A stretch of 44,968 bases of DNA from an uncultured Pseudomonadota bacterium (GCA_903832105.1 CAILAO010000667.1:1-44968), one strand, 5' to 3'; counted from the stretch's first letter, positions 28,071 through 37,857 are shown. Program-made: numbers and translations. The notes: generated from the letters alone by a model not told the origin.

Positions 28071-28224
28071 AATCGTTAATACGTTCCGTGAATCGTGATT
28101 ACGTTCGCGCATGGCTTTCTGGAAGTCTTGATGGGTCACTAGTGAGAGTTGATTGAGATCAGCAAAGGCGAGTCAAAAAAACTGAAGCGCGTAATTACGT
28201 TTGGCTATCATATTTTACGTTTTA
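28071..28224. promoter_or_regulatory. candidate operator array upstream of the XRE gene
   Basis: AATCGTTAATACGTTC (28071-28086) and AATCGTGATTACGTTC (28091-28106) are direct repeats 20 bp apart. Two further TTACGTTT copies lie at about 28195 and 28215. Confidence 0.4.
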
Positions 28225-28343
28225 GTTAGCTTGACGCGATAGGAGGCGTGAAAATGGCGTGAGTCTGAGGGACTCAAATCATCATCGAATCAAGATCTTT
28301 CCTCTGAAGGGTTTGCCCTCCTCCGTGAGGGCAGGACGGGTGG

Positions 28344-28553
28344 TTAGATAACCTTCTTCAGATGAACTACTTCCCCCACGGGTTTCCCAAATATCGTTCC
28401 TGCACTCATTGAGAAAAGTCGTTGCCCCGCGGCAAAGCAAACGCCATTGAAAATTGCTACTGCAGCGAGCTTGCCGAAATTTGATAATGTCTCAGTCCAA
28501 TCTCGCTTGTCTTCTCTATTGCGCTGTGGTTGTTGACGAGCTGTTTCTGTCAT
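28344..28553 (-). CDS. small hypothetical protein with one hydrophobic segment
   Basis: 69-aa ORF with an AAAGGA RBS 7 nt upstream. Confidence 0.45.
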   Translation of the reverse strand: MTETARQQPQRNREDKRDWTETLSNFGKLAAVAIFNGVCFAAGQRLFSMSAGTIFGKPVGEVVHLKKVI

Positions 28554-28702
28554 TTGTTTGTCCTTTCAATAAAAAATGTTTGAGATAAAAACCAAGATTC
28601 CAATTTACTTACTTATACCAACAAAATCAGTACGTTATATGGCATAAGAAACTTGATAGATTTGTATATCAAGAACAGTAATTCTAAGGAGGAATTTCAA
28701 AA

Positions 28703-28912
28703 ATGAGGAAAATTAGTGAGCTTACACTCCCTGAAAGGCTTGTGGTTCTGGGAAATGCAGGAATCGCCGTGTCTACAATGCTTGTGAGCATTGGGGTTTT
28801 GTTGAGCATGGCTGCCGCCGGAACCCTTCCAAATGAGGTCGTCCCGCCAATAGCCGTTCCGCAGAGGAACCAAACAAACCCCAATAACGCTCGCGCGTAT
28901 TTTAACGATTAG
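28703..28912 (+). CDS. small membrane protein
   Basis: 69-aa ORF, strong AAGGAGG RBS, one clear TM segment. Confidence 0.6.
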   Translation: MRKISELTLPERLVVLGNAGIAVSTMLVSIGVLLSMAAAGTLPNEVVPPIAVPQRNQTNPNNARAYFND

Positions 28913-28934
28913 GTTTAACGATCAGGAGAACGTC

Positions 28935-29276
28935 ATGTTTGAAAACAAAGAAATTATCCACCGAAAATACCAAATTATTATGAGCGAAATTGAGCAAAAA
29001 TATGAGCTAGCGCCAGTACCTGAATCCGCGATGCATTTTTACCGGTTGGTTTCATTGGTTTACCACGGCAAATTACGGATCTATTTTGATCTGTATGGAT
29101 GGCTTCAAATCAGCCCAGCTCTGGCTGAAATGGGATCGCGAGATGTGCTAGGTCGAGGTCTTTCCCTGTTTGAAAAAGACACCATAAATTTATTGAATGA
29201 ACGTTGCGCCGAAAAAGAACGCCAGAAGGCAATTCCGCTTCTCACCGAACGATGCGGGGGAGGGAAGTCGTTATGA
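28935..29276 (+). CDS. hypothetical protein
   Basis: 113-aa ORF, AGGAG RBS, ATGA overlap with the next gene. Confidence 0.65.
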   Translation: MFENKEIIHRKYQIIMSEIEQKYELAPVPESAMHFYRLVSLVYHGKLRIYFDLYGWLQISPALAEMGSRDVLGRGLSLFEKDTINLLNERCAEKERQKAIPLLTERCGGGKSL

Positions 29277-29584
29277 ATGCTATTGCCGAAACTAATGACC
29301 GTCTGAGAAAAAATATCCCATTGATCTGGCCGCCACATAGACTCGTGTTGACGCGCCGGGTGGCCTCGATGCCGGAAGATCTTCTCAAACGTGTCTTCGA
29401 GGCCGTGAGAGCGTTCGACAACTTCAACCGCGATAACGACCCATATCACGAGCACGATTGTGGAATCGTTGATGTCGACGGCGACAGGTTCATTTGGAAG
29501 TTTAACTACTACGATGACGACTTCGAGTTTTTTCGGGAGAACGGTAACCGGGTGTTAACGATCATGCACGCGTCAGAGTACTGA
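29273..29584 (+). CDS. DUF3768-like protein (family common on plasmids and integrative elements)
   Basis: NRDNDPYHEHDCGIVDV..FIWKFNYYDDD...RVLTIMHASEY matches the remembered DUF3768 pattern. ATG 29273 follows a GGGAGGGAAG RBS. Confidence 0.65.
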   Translation: MNAIAETNDRLRKNIPLIWPPHRLVLTRRVASMPEDLLKRVFEAVRAFDNFNRDNDPYHEHDCGIVDVDGDRFIWKFNYYDDDFEFFRENGNRVLTIMHASEY

Positions 29585-29655
29585 TTTTATAGAACAAAAA
29601 TGGTTGCGATAACATATCTTAGGCTAACCAATCATGACAAAAATGAGGTGTTATA

Positions 29656-30594
29656 ATGGAAAATCTGCCGCAAAAAGTGGATAAATTTGGTTCGGATAAG
29701 GTTTTCCCAGTGCTTCTTGCCCGATACTTTCGGGAGGAGATCGCGGGAAAATCGCCGCTCACCATCAAGGCAAAGAAAGACGACTTAAAGAAATTTTTGA
29801 TATTTTACCAAGCTATGAACGGTCACCTTCGCGCAGATGAATGGATGGTGAGAGACACGAGACTTTTCTTGGACGAGCTTCAAAAGCAGAGTTACAGCCC
29901 TGCTACGATCAATCGCGTTCTTGCTACGCTCAAGAGTTTTGGTTCTTGGCTTCGAGAAGTTGACGTACTCAGAGTCCTCCCTTGCAAGGGTATAACTGAA
30001 CTTCATCTTGAGCCATTACCACCCAAAGCGATTCGGGATATCGAGTTTCATAGGCTCAACAAGTCTGCTGATGTTCTGGTCAATGGTGGCAGTGCAAAGT
30101 ACTCGCAGGATTTTCGAAACAAAGTCATGTTGGCGACCCTTGATGCCAGCGGACTCAGGGTATCCGAGCTTCTCAATTTGAAGTCAGACCAGCTGCAAGG
30201 CAAGAAGCTGGTGAACGTTCGCTGCAAGGGCGGCCATGTCCGAGATGTTCTTATTAGGCAGGACGTAGCTGAAATGATACGTGAATATGTTGAGCAACAA
30301 CGAGTGGCAGGCTCATCGTTTCTTTTTACAAACCGCTACGGTGGGCAGATCAGCAGGAATGGCGTTGCAAATGCCTTCGACAAAATCGCAGGCTACGCCA
30401 ACGCATCCTTGCCTATTGACCAACACATTAACTTAACTCCGCATCTGCTTCGGCACCGGCATGGATTCAAATGCCGAGAGGCCAAGGATCCGGTCTTTGC
30501 GGCCAAGAGGCTTGGACATAGGAGTTTAACGTATGTGGAGCGCTATTCAAAAATGAATGACGGTGAGGAAAGTGTGGTTCTCGAAAAAGTCTAG
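29656..30594 (+). CDS. tyrosine recombinase/integrase (XerC/D-like)
   Basis: SAM-like N-terminal domain, GLRVSELLNL (Arg), HLLRHRHGF (HxxR), LGHRSLTYVERY (His and Tyr). Confidence 0.9.
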   Translation: MENLPQKVDKFGSDKVFPVLLARYFREEIAGKSPLTIKAKKDDLKKFLIFYQAMNGHLRADEWMVRDTRLFLDELQKQSYSPATINRVLATLKSFGSWLREVDVLRVLPCKGITELHLEPLPPKAIRDIEFHRLNKSADVLVNGGSAKYSQDFRNKVMLATLDASGLRVSELLNLKSDQLQGKKLVNVRCKGGHVRDVLIRQDVAEMIREYVEQQRVAGSSFLFTNRYGGQISRNGVANAFDKIAGYANASLPIDQHINLTPHLLRHRHGFKCREAKDPVFAAKRLGHRSLTYVERYSKMNDGEESVVLEKV

Positions 30595-30604
30595 CAGAAC
30601 GGGA

Positions 30605-30622
30605 CGGCTGATTTCTCAGCCG
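30605..30622 (+). terminator. hairpin downstream of the integrase gene
   Basis: CGGCTGA-TTTC-TCAGCCG 11 nt after the stop. Only a weak T-rich tail follows. Confidence 0.35.
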
Positions 30623-30926
30623 CCACTTCTTTCGGCTGGCCCCGAAACTAATCAAAATCATTCCTTCCGTAATTTCGGGTTGGGCGATATCGATATTCTC
30701 GCGATCGCAAAAATCTCTTGTATCTTCGTGGGTTACTCTTTCAAAGCGAACATCTTCCCTCAACAGTTTCTGTTTTTCGAGGTCGAAAATTCTCGCTCCA
30801 GATCCCCAAAAGTCAGATCACAGTGGCTTCGGAATAGCCAGATGGAGTCATGCGGGTTGTTGCTACGAGACTCTTCTTTTTAGGCCTCATCATTGTCATC
30901 GAGCCCTTTTGTGGTCCGAAGAATAA

Positions 30927-31610
30927 TCAATCCTCATCATGATCGAAGACTTGTCGCGGGTTCGCAGAAAGCCAGTAGCCCCCTTTCTCATTATGAAAAC
31001 TGAATTTATCTGCGCTCGGGAACTTCTCCGCTATCTTGGAATGAAGTTCATATAGCATAAGATCCCAGTAGTAATTTCTATCGAGTTTTTCTTTCATTGG
31101 GATTCTGGAAAAAACCAGCAGCACACTAGGAAAATCATCAGACAGACCCATATAATTGGAGACACGAAGCAACGTATGACCGTTTAATGCCGCTGTAACT
31201 GCTTTTTGAAAACAGTAAATGCTAATTGCTTCACCATCATATCCAAAACGACTGTCCGTTAATTCATGCAAAAATTTATGTTGCTTTGGCAGATGTCCAA
31301 ACCTCAATGTCTCATTCATCTCTAGATAGATGCGATTCATTCCGTGTGTTCCAATCTCATACTCTGGCCTCCATGCAATGTGATCCTTTGTTAGTGGACC
31401 AAACGACCATCCAGGATATGATCTTCTCCAGGAACGATAGGTTTCGAATGATGGATACATTTCATCCAGAAAGCAACAATCATCTCCCGTACAAGTTATT
31501 GGAGCGGAGCCACCGTACAGGTCTTTAAGGAAATCAAGATAATGGCCTAAATCAACCTCCTCGCTTGTTTTAGCGACCATCGCACGATTTGAATCATAAA
31601 CATTTTTCAT
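30927..31610 (-). CDS. hypothetical protein
   Basis: 227-aa ORF, no motif recognised. Confidence 0.7.
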   Translation of the reverse strand: MKNVYDSNRAMVAKTSEEVDLGHYLDFLKDLYGGSAPITCTGDDCCFLDEMYPSFETYRSWRRSYPGWSFGPLTKDHIAWRPEYEIGTHGMNRIYLEMNETLRFGHLPKQHKFLHELTDSRFGYDGEAISIYCFQKAVTAALNGHTLLRVSNYMGLSDDFPSVLLVFSRIPMKEKLDRNYYWDLMLYELHSKIAEKFPSADKFSFHNEKGGYWLSANPRQVFDHDED

Positions 31611-31677
31611 AAAACCTCCTCAAAAAAAACTAACGTACCAAACCATGAACCATTCAAAGTTTAGCCCGTCAGATCAC

Positions 31678-31924
31678 TCGAAAGCGTCAGGAAAATGCGC
31701 ACAAATCTGAATTTGCACTGTCAGTCGGGTTTGATATCCGCAACTGACACCTTTTAAAATCACTGATCTTGCACTCATAGAGACCTCGATCCTGAATTCC
31801 TGATTCAAATCATCCACATCGAAAGCGTCAGGTTAAGCCGCACATTCCCTACATCTCCTTATATAGGATGTGCGGGTTTTCCTGACGGTCCCAGAAAAAA
31901 CTTAGCGTCAGGTTAAGCCGCACA
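31678..31924. repeat. iteron-like direct repeats plus a long imperfect hairpin; candidate replication origin or protein-binding array
   Basis: TCGAAAGCGTCAGGAAAATGCGCACA (31678-31703), TCGAAAGCGTCAGGTTAAGCCGCACA (31819-31844) and AGCGTCAGGTTAAGCCGCACA (31904-31924). Hairpin arms are CGTCAGGTTAAGCCGCACAT (31826-31845) and ATGTGCGGGTTTTCCTGACG (31868-31887). Confidence 0.6.
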
Positions 31925-31940
31925 ATTCTCCGACAGACTT

Positions 31941-34322
31941 TTACGACTCCATACGAACATAAACAATCTTCCGGCCTCGGCGCTCCGGACGAAGGTATTT
32001 CTTCGATACAAGCCAATTGAGAAAAGAGTTCCAACTGGGCCTCTCCCCCCTACGGTCCTCCGTCCTGTCGATGTAACCCCTCTCACCGATACAGGAGTCG
32101 ACGTGACTCAACCTGGACTCGGCAGCATCAGATCGACCATGCCAGCCCACCAGAAGGGGATTTAGGCTGTCTGGTTGGGGTGGGGGCGGGATTTCAATCT
32201 GGTCGCCCCTCAAGAACGTCGTTATTCCATGTGAAAGCGCCGCAAGTTGATACTCGAGCGAATTAGCTCGATTGACCGCGTTGGGTACGTCTTTTTCGAA
32301 TGCTCTGATCAGCTCCTGCGTGGTCACAATCTGATTTTGGAGGAACGATGGAAAGGCGAGTGGGTGAAGGTTCCCTGCATATAGACACACTGTGAGTTCG
32401 GCATCTCGCGGAGCCCTCATTAGAGCCTGAACCAAGGCCCGTGTTTGTTCATAAGAAATTAGGTCCCAGATCGTTAAATTGGGGTATTTTTTTCTCGCTT
32501 CAAGAAAAAGGGTGATTTGGTTGTCCCAATTGGCAATCCCATTTCCGATTACGGTACAGACGTTGAAGTGCCTCCTATTAAGTCCCCGTGACCATGCGCT
32601 GCGCACTTTGTCGATCGAAAGCAGCGCTGACCTACACCCAGAATCCGCTTCACGTGCACTGTCGAGATCGAGTTCAACGTAGTCTTTTTTCCGGTTTTCA
32701 ATTCTGAAAGTGGATCTCATCTTGCTATCACCACATACTAACCCAAAAAACGCATTGGCTTGTTTGGTATTGGTTGCGAAGTGAAGAAGCGTAATATCGG
32801 GAATTTTTGCTTGGATTAACCCATACAACTTAGCAGCAGCCCATGGAGGCAACTCTTTTGGTTCTGGTTCTTCGGGGCTCCAATGGTTGTGAACGACGAT
32901 CATTCCGCTCCGGTGAAAGGGAACTTGAATATTTGTGAGCGTGAATTCGGATTCATCGGCCAACAATGACGCACCGATCATCCTGGCGGAAAGAAGGGTT
33001 CCAGAAAATGCCTTGCAGTTTCTTTCGTGTAGGTACGCCTTGACGCGATCGTAGTGATGCGTGTTCAAATAGCGAAGCTTTAATCCACAGCGATCATAGC
33101 CACCCCGGCCGTTTTGAAGAGGATATTTTTGTGGAACAAGGTTCATCTCACCTGGCGCGTTCTGAACAAAATCAACGAAGGCAAGAAAAGCATTTAGCCC
33201 CGAAATATCTGCGGGCTTGTCTGGATCGCTCCAAAGACCTTGTTTGAGCGAACGCATGCGCATTTTGTCATCATTGAATTCCGACATATCACCCAAAGAA
33301 GTGTACCCTTGTTTCGTCACAGGCTCAGTCTTTATGGGATACGCGAACTGCGCACCTTCATCATGGTGAGGTTCCATGATCTCAATGGCAGTGGCTTCAT
33401 TCGCATTTTCAAGGGATCTTAAGTAGTCGAGTGTGGTCTGGCCCTCAATATATTCAGGAAGTATCGAGATGACGCGATTCAACACCTGGCGAATATTATC
33501 GAAATGAAAAAGATCACATATGTACCCCCTGCGTACAGCCGTTTCAACGTTGGTTATCGCAACGCTGAGAAGCTCAAAGAGGTTTTTCTTGTTTGAAATC
33601 CCCCCGAAGTCCTCTATCCGGCCGGAGTAAGGATGAAATTTGTGGCTGCAACTATCGGAAAGGTGTGGATGACAATCCTTGCACGCTCCACCACATTCAT
33701 CTCGAATCGTGGACGTTTTGCATTTTCTAGGCTCCATTAATACGAGAGCCCGATTGCTGTTGTTTGAAATGCCATCAATCAGCGCATCCATCTCATCGAT
33801 GTAGACGTGATCGACTTTGATCTGCTCCAGGATGTCAAGCGCTGGATAGCTTGAGAAATAGGCATGGCATGCGACCACAACCCTCGGATGCTCGGCGAAA
33901 GCAAGGATGCGGCTCAACATCGTTGGACAGATTTCGAATTGGGATGACAGCTCTTGTAGGAGGGCGAGATCAACGATCTTTCCATTTACAAGATCATAGA
34001 GTTCTTCCCCAAGTTTGCGTGGCTTTCCTTCCCCTTCCGATGAAAGGAGGGCTAACGCCTTTTTTTGGTAGGCACATCGTGAGCACTGTGCCCTATTTGC
34101 TTCTTTGATGCATGTTTCCTTACGCTTCCCTGTAAGCTGGACGATGTATCCTTCCTCAAAAGGGTTCTTCCGCGCCATGGTTATGGCCTCAGTGCCCGCA
34201 GCATGTGTTGGCACGACATTAAGCACGGATCTGCCCTCATTCAGTTTTTCTATCGATTTGGCTGCCATTTGATAAGTCTTGCCGGCTGCAAGCGGGGCAT
34301 TTGCAAATTTAATCATTGTCAA
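31941..34322 (-). CDS. XPD/Rad3/DinG-like SF2 helicase with a putative 4Fe-4S cluster domain
   Basis: Walker A APLAAGKTY. Cys cluster ETC..QCSRC...EICP between motifs I and II. VVVACHAYFSS, YIDEMDAL (DExD-like) and motif VI-like QALMRAPRD. Confidence 0.7.
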   Translation of the reverse strand: MTMIKFANAPLAAGKTYQMAAKSIEKLNEGRSVLNVVPTHAAGTEAITMARKNPFEEGYIVQLTGKRKETCIKEANRAQCSRCAYQKKALALLSSEGEGKPRKLGEELYDLVNGKIVDLALLQELSSQFEICPTMLSRILAFAEHPRVVVACHAYFSSYPALDILEQIKVDHVYIDEMDALIDGISNNSNRALVLMEPRKCKTSTIRDECGGACKDCHPHLSDSCSHKFHPYSGRIEDFGGISNKKNLFELLSVAITNVETAVRRGYICDLFHFDNIRQVLNRVISILPEYIEGQTTLDYLRSLENANEATAIEIMEPHHDEGAQFAYPIKTEPVTKQGYTSLGDMSEFNDDKMRMRSLKQGLWSDPDKPADISGLNAFLAFVDFVQNAPGEMNLVPQKYPLQNGRGGYDRCGLKLRYLNTHHYDRVKAYLHERNCKAFSGTLLSARMIGASLLADESEFTLTNIQVPFHRSGMIVVHNHWSPEEPEPKELPPWAAAKLYGLIQAKIPDITLLHFATNTKQANAFFGLVCGDSKMRSTFRIENRKKDYVELDLDSAREADSGCRSALLSIDKVRSAWSRGLNRRHFNVCTVIGNGIANWDNQITLFLEARKKYPNLTIWDLISYEQTRALVQALMRAPRDAELTVCLYAGNLHPLAFPSFLQNQIVTTQELIRAFEKDVPNAVNRANSLEYQLAALSHGITTFLRGDQIEIPPPPQPDSLNPLLVGWHGRSDAAESRLSHVDSCIGERGYIDRTEDRRGERPSWNSFLNWLVSKKYLRPERRGRKIVYVRMES

Positions 34323-37300
34323 AAAACTCCTTTAATAAACTTCGCGACAGCTCCTGAAACTCTTCGAATGTGGGTGCTTTTTCACCAAGAATTCGAGGGG
34401 TGGTTCTCCTTTCGATATCCCGCCTGTAACAACGGCTATGATCGCAGACCATCGACATCTCGGCACGATCACATCCACAATCAGAAAAAAGTGATGTCTT
34501 GAACTTTTCGTTTAGGCGATAGCCACAGTGATCCCCTGCGGGGTTTGGGTGGCATTCAAGAACACCATAACGATGCGGATCCTCAAAGAGCAGGAATAGC
34601 TGACAGACATGATCTTCCGAAAGGCCAGCGCGGCTTGCTTCATAGATGAGCTTACACCGTCCGCTAAAACCGATGCTTTCCCCCTTGGAAACTAGCTCGG
34701 AGAGATTCTTGAGGCAGGGCGCGATCTTTTTTGTACGAGACAGAAAACCCTCAATCTGAGAATTGATGTCCTTTTGGCGATTGGTGGATCGCCGATATTC
34801 CTGGAAACGAGTTTCTCCCGTGACAGCTTTGAACACCTGGCGCGAAACCTTGGTGAACTCGTGGGGTGGATATGGCAACATGAAGCGGCTTTTGACGTCA
34901 GGACTTTCTTGCGGAGGAAGATCTTGCAAGCGTCTCGTAAGGCCTTCGAGATCCTCGTGTTCAGGTGGGATTTCCACCATCATTCCGCCGCCAGGGTAAA
35001 AGCTATGCGGAATCCTTATGATTTGAGTGGTGTCAAAAATTGTTTGATCAATCCTAGCGGCAAGATCTTCTGGGACCTTGGTTTTGAGATGACGCATTAA
35101 GGCTGCGTATTTTTCGGGCAGGCATAATATTGGTTCCGGCACGAAGTAATGGCCTGAAACCCTGAGGTAGAATGACTTTCCTCCATTAAAGTACAATTTT
35201 ATCTCGTTTTTTGGTATCTGGAAGTCCTGAACCAAGACCCGTTTGATGTGCTTCAAAACTTCATACGCCTTTGTTGTTTTTTGTTCGTCATCAAAGGTTC
35301 CCTCGCCCTCAACCCAGAAGTCGCCATACTTTTTGAGGTTTTTTAAGATTGAGTTCCTAGCCTTGGATGGTCTGTCCCGACACAGGAAGCCATAAACTGA
35401 AAAATAGACGTCAGTCTCGCGGTGCTTTTGGAGGAAGTCTTGCAAGGCGTCATAGTCGTCGACCTGAACGAAGACATTTCGCTGGACCAATGCATCGAGT
35501 TCACCTTTTTTGGCGCGCTTCACGTTTGCTGCCAGGTTGATCCAAAGGCCAGGGGATTTCTGATCTACAGAAGAACTGGTAAGCACTGTTTCCGAGAAAT
35601 CGGAGTCGTTAATGAGGCGTGTGAAGGCATCTTCCGTGAATGCAGGTCGAAAGACGGAGAGCTTTTTCTTCAAGGATGAAAGGTAATAATCGATGTCATA
35701 GTCATCTGCGGAAAATGAGTTGATATGAGCATAACCGTTGTTTGACTTGAAATACTGCACTACAGATAACGCTGGCGCATCCACGAAACCCGCTTGTAGC
35801 ATAACTTCGAAGTGGCAGACTTTGGACTTTGTTTGTTCGATATAGGACTTCATCGACTGTCCCATTTTTTTCTTAGTAACAAGGTCTTCCGCGTTGCACC
35901 GTTGCTCGACGATCTGCCGCCTGGTCTCTTGGATTCTCCGGTGAATTTCTTTGGTGTTGTCTTTCAATAGACTGTACAGGACATCTCGCATGAGTGTTCT
36001 GAAGAGGGGTTCCATACCTCTGCTTTTAAGGGCGGCACCGACAATATGAACTCCGTGTTCGGTGAGAATGGCGTAGGTCTTCTTCGCTAATACGACAACC
36101 GAATCCCATGGTTTTTCCGAATCCGCGGTAACCTTGACACCGGGAAATATGGAAAGTGTGTTGTTAATTTTATCTGCGAAGGCACGAGGGGTCACCTGCT
36201 CCGGCAACACACAAATGACACCGTCGGTATCAACTTCAAGAGGCTTGCCGCCTTGCTCAAGAATGCATTCGATAATTTTCGAAAGAATTTCTCGTCCTCG
36301 TTTGGTGATAGCGGCAGCCCCTTTTGGATTGTTGAAGAGCCCGCGTTCGTTAGCGAGGTAGCCAAAAAGGCTGTTAATCAGGATCTTCAGGGCGGATTCT
36401 ATTGCTTTTGATTCGGGATTGGTCTGTCCGATGGCCTTGTGCTTAAGTCGAAGTTTAGTCCAATTTTCTGTCAAAATCAGGAAGATTCCCAAAGGATCGG
36501 TGTGGGGACAAATCGAATCCATCATGATAATGGAGGGGTACATCGAACTGACGTCAATTTTACAGCAGTGTCGAAAAAAGCCTTTGTGATAAACCTCAAC
36601 GGTAGCGCCTTCAAAGGGTTCCGTGGATTGGGGCTTTGGAACGCTATGATTCTGTCGAAAGTAGGCGCGAATAATGGTGAGCTCGATCGGCTTTGTGGAT
36701 CCTGTCGTGCAAACTTTGGAGAATTGGATTGGCACCATCTGAGAAAGCATGAACTTGTCACGATGTAGCTTTCGAGAAAGCGCTTCGACTTCCGCCACGT
36801 CATCCAGAGCATATTCGGCCACCTCATCTGGATTAACCATATATGTTTCGTAGATTTTATCCCCGTCGATGTACTTTCTTCCGTCTCGGGCCAAACCAAA
36901 AAACTTGGCGACATACTTCAACCCGTGTTCTCCTAGTTCACGCTTGACAGCGTCGTATCGTTTCACGGCATGCAGTGTATCTACGATTTCACGCCCATGG
37001 AGGCAATAACGTGTGAATGATTCGGCCGTTTCCCCGATCTTTAGGGAGTCTTTGTAACTAAAAAATCCTTTGCCGTCGCGTCCCCAGGTGATGGGGATTT
37101 GGTGGATTTGATGTCTTTTGATCAGAAAGGGAATGTCAAAGCCAAAAATGTTGTGGTTTTCGATGATGTCGGGATCCAAACTCCGAATGACTGCGTTCAA
37201 TTCCTCAAGTAGTTTGGCCTCATCGAGGCCATGGATAACCTTTTTTAACCCTTCGGATGTTGATATTGCAACAAGGAAAACGCGCTCGTGATCGCTGTTG

Positions 37301-37857
37301 AAGCCGGTGGTTTCAATATCAATCTGAAGCCGAAGAACATCCTCGAATTTCATGTTTTTGTAGAAGGTAACGCCTTGGCTGATTTGAAACTGCTCAGTGT
37401 TGTTTAGCGAGATAATCTCGGTGATTTCCCGGACTGATGGAGCGGTTTTGCCGGTAACCGCCTCGTAGGCTGACCTAGCAGATTCTTCAAACGCCTCTTT
37501 GTCAAAAATCTCAGCTCGGTAGCGGTAATGAAGATTGCCTTTGAGGTTAATGAGTTTGCAACCCTTGAGTTTCACGGCAATCGCTTTATTGCTGATGAGA
37601 GCCCAAGGGGTGAATGTCATTCGTTCCTTGATGACCTTGTCGTCTATGCGCCTGAATACAGTTGCACGGCCATTTGAAGAGGCTTGCAATCCAACGATGT
37701 TGGTCAGGCGGCTATGACCGAAAAGAATTTCTTCGGTTGATGGATCATACCAGGTGCTAGGCCGGTTTGGTTCTTCGACATACCCAGCTAAGCACGGTTT
37801 AGATGTACTCAGCGATGGGTGTTCAGCGACCCGAATTTTGGTGGTTTCGGTCTCCAT
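34309..37857 (-). CDS. family B DNA polymerase (exonuclease-proficient) with a ~440-aa C-terminal primase-like and Cys-rich extension
   Basis: ExoI LQIDIETTGF, ExoII NIFGFDIPFL, ExoIII YALDDV. Motif A DVSSMYPSIIM, motif B KILINSLFGY, motif C EVDTDGV, KxY AKKTYA. The C-terminal part has FWVEGEG, LYFNGGKSFYLRVS, IIRIPHSFYPGGG and a CxnHC..CGC..C..C cluster. Confidence 0.9.
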   Translation of the reverse strand: METETTKIRVAEHPSLSTSKPCLAGYVEEPNRPSTWYDPSTEEILFGHSRLTNIVGLQASSNGRATVFRRIDDKVIKERMTFTPWALISNKAIAVKLKGCKLINLKGNLHYRYRAEIFDKEAFEESARSAYEAVTGKTAPSVREITEIISLNNTEQFQISQGVTFYKNMKFEDVLRLQIDIETTGFNSDHERVFLVAISTSEGLKKVIHGLDEAKLLEELNAVIRSLDPDIIENHNIFGFDIPFLIKRHQIHQIPITWGRDGKGFFSYKDSLKIGETAESFTRYCLHGREIVDTLHAVKRYDAVKRELGEHGLKYVAKFFGLARDGRKYIDGDKIYETYMVNPDEVAEYALDDVAEVEALSRKLHRDKFMLSQMVPIQFSKVCTTGSTKPIELTIIRAYFRQNHSVPKPQSTEPFEGATVEVYHKGFFRHCCKIDVSSMYPSIIMMDSICPHTDPLGIFLILTENWTKLRLKHKAIGQTNPESKAIESALKILINSLFGYLANERGLFNNPKGAAAITKRGREILSKIIECILEQGGKPLEVDTDGVICVLPEQVTPRAFADKINNTLSIFPGVKVTADSEKPWDSVVVLAKKTYAILTEHGVHIVGAALKSRGMEPLFRTLMRDVLYSLLKDNTKEIHRRIQETRRQIVEQRCNAEDLVTKKKMGQSMKSYIEQTKSKVCHFEVMLQAGFVDAPALSVVQYFKSNNGYAHINSFSADDYDIDYYLSSLKKKLSVFRPAFTEDAFTRLINDSDFSETVLTSSSVDQKSPGLWINLAANVKRAKKGELDALVQRNVFVQVDDYDALQDFLQKHRETDVYFSVYGFLCRDRPSKARNSILKNLKKYGDFWVEGEGTFDDEQKTTKAYEVLKHIKRVLVQDFQIPKNEIKLYFNGGKSFYLRVSGHYFVPEPILCLPEKYAALMRHLKTKVPEDLAARIDQTIFDTTQIIRIPHSFYPGGGMMVEIPPEHEDLEGLTRRLQDLPPQESPDVKSRFMLPYPPHEFTKVSRQVFKAVTGETRFQEYRRSTNRQKDINSQIEGFLSRTKKIAPCLKNLSELVSKGESIGFSGRCKLIYEASRAGLSEDHVCQLFLLFEDPHRYGVLECHPNPAGDHCGYRLNEKFKTSLFSDCGCDRAEMSMVCDHSRCYRRDIERRTTPRILGEKAPTFEEFQELSRSLLKEFFDND

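Noticed and set aside
28241-28261. Strong RBS followed by a two-codon mini-ORF (AGGAGGCGTGAAAATGGCGTGA)
   Set aside because: It is too short to interpret and could be chance. There is no downstream gene in that orientation.
30467-30883. ORFs of 98 aa (-) and 108 aa (+) downstream of the integrase
   Set aside because: They have no RBS, overlap each other and have low-complexity composition. The region is better read as a convergent intergenic spacer.
31678-31924. Direct repeats considered as a mini-CRISPR array
   Set aside because: There are only three copies with unequal spacing (141 and 83 bp), the first copy is degenerate, and the window has no cas genes. An iteron or binding-site array fits better.
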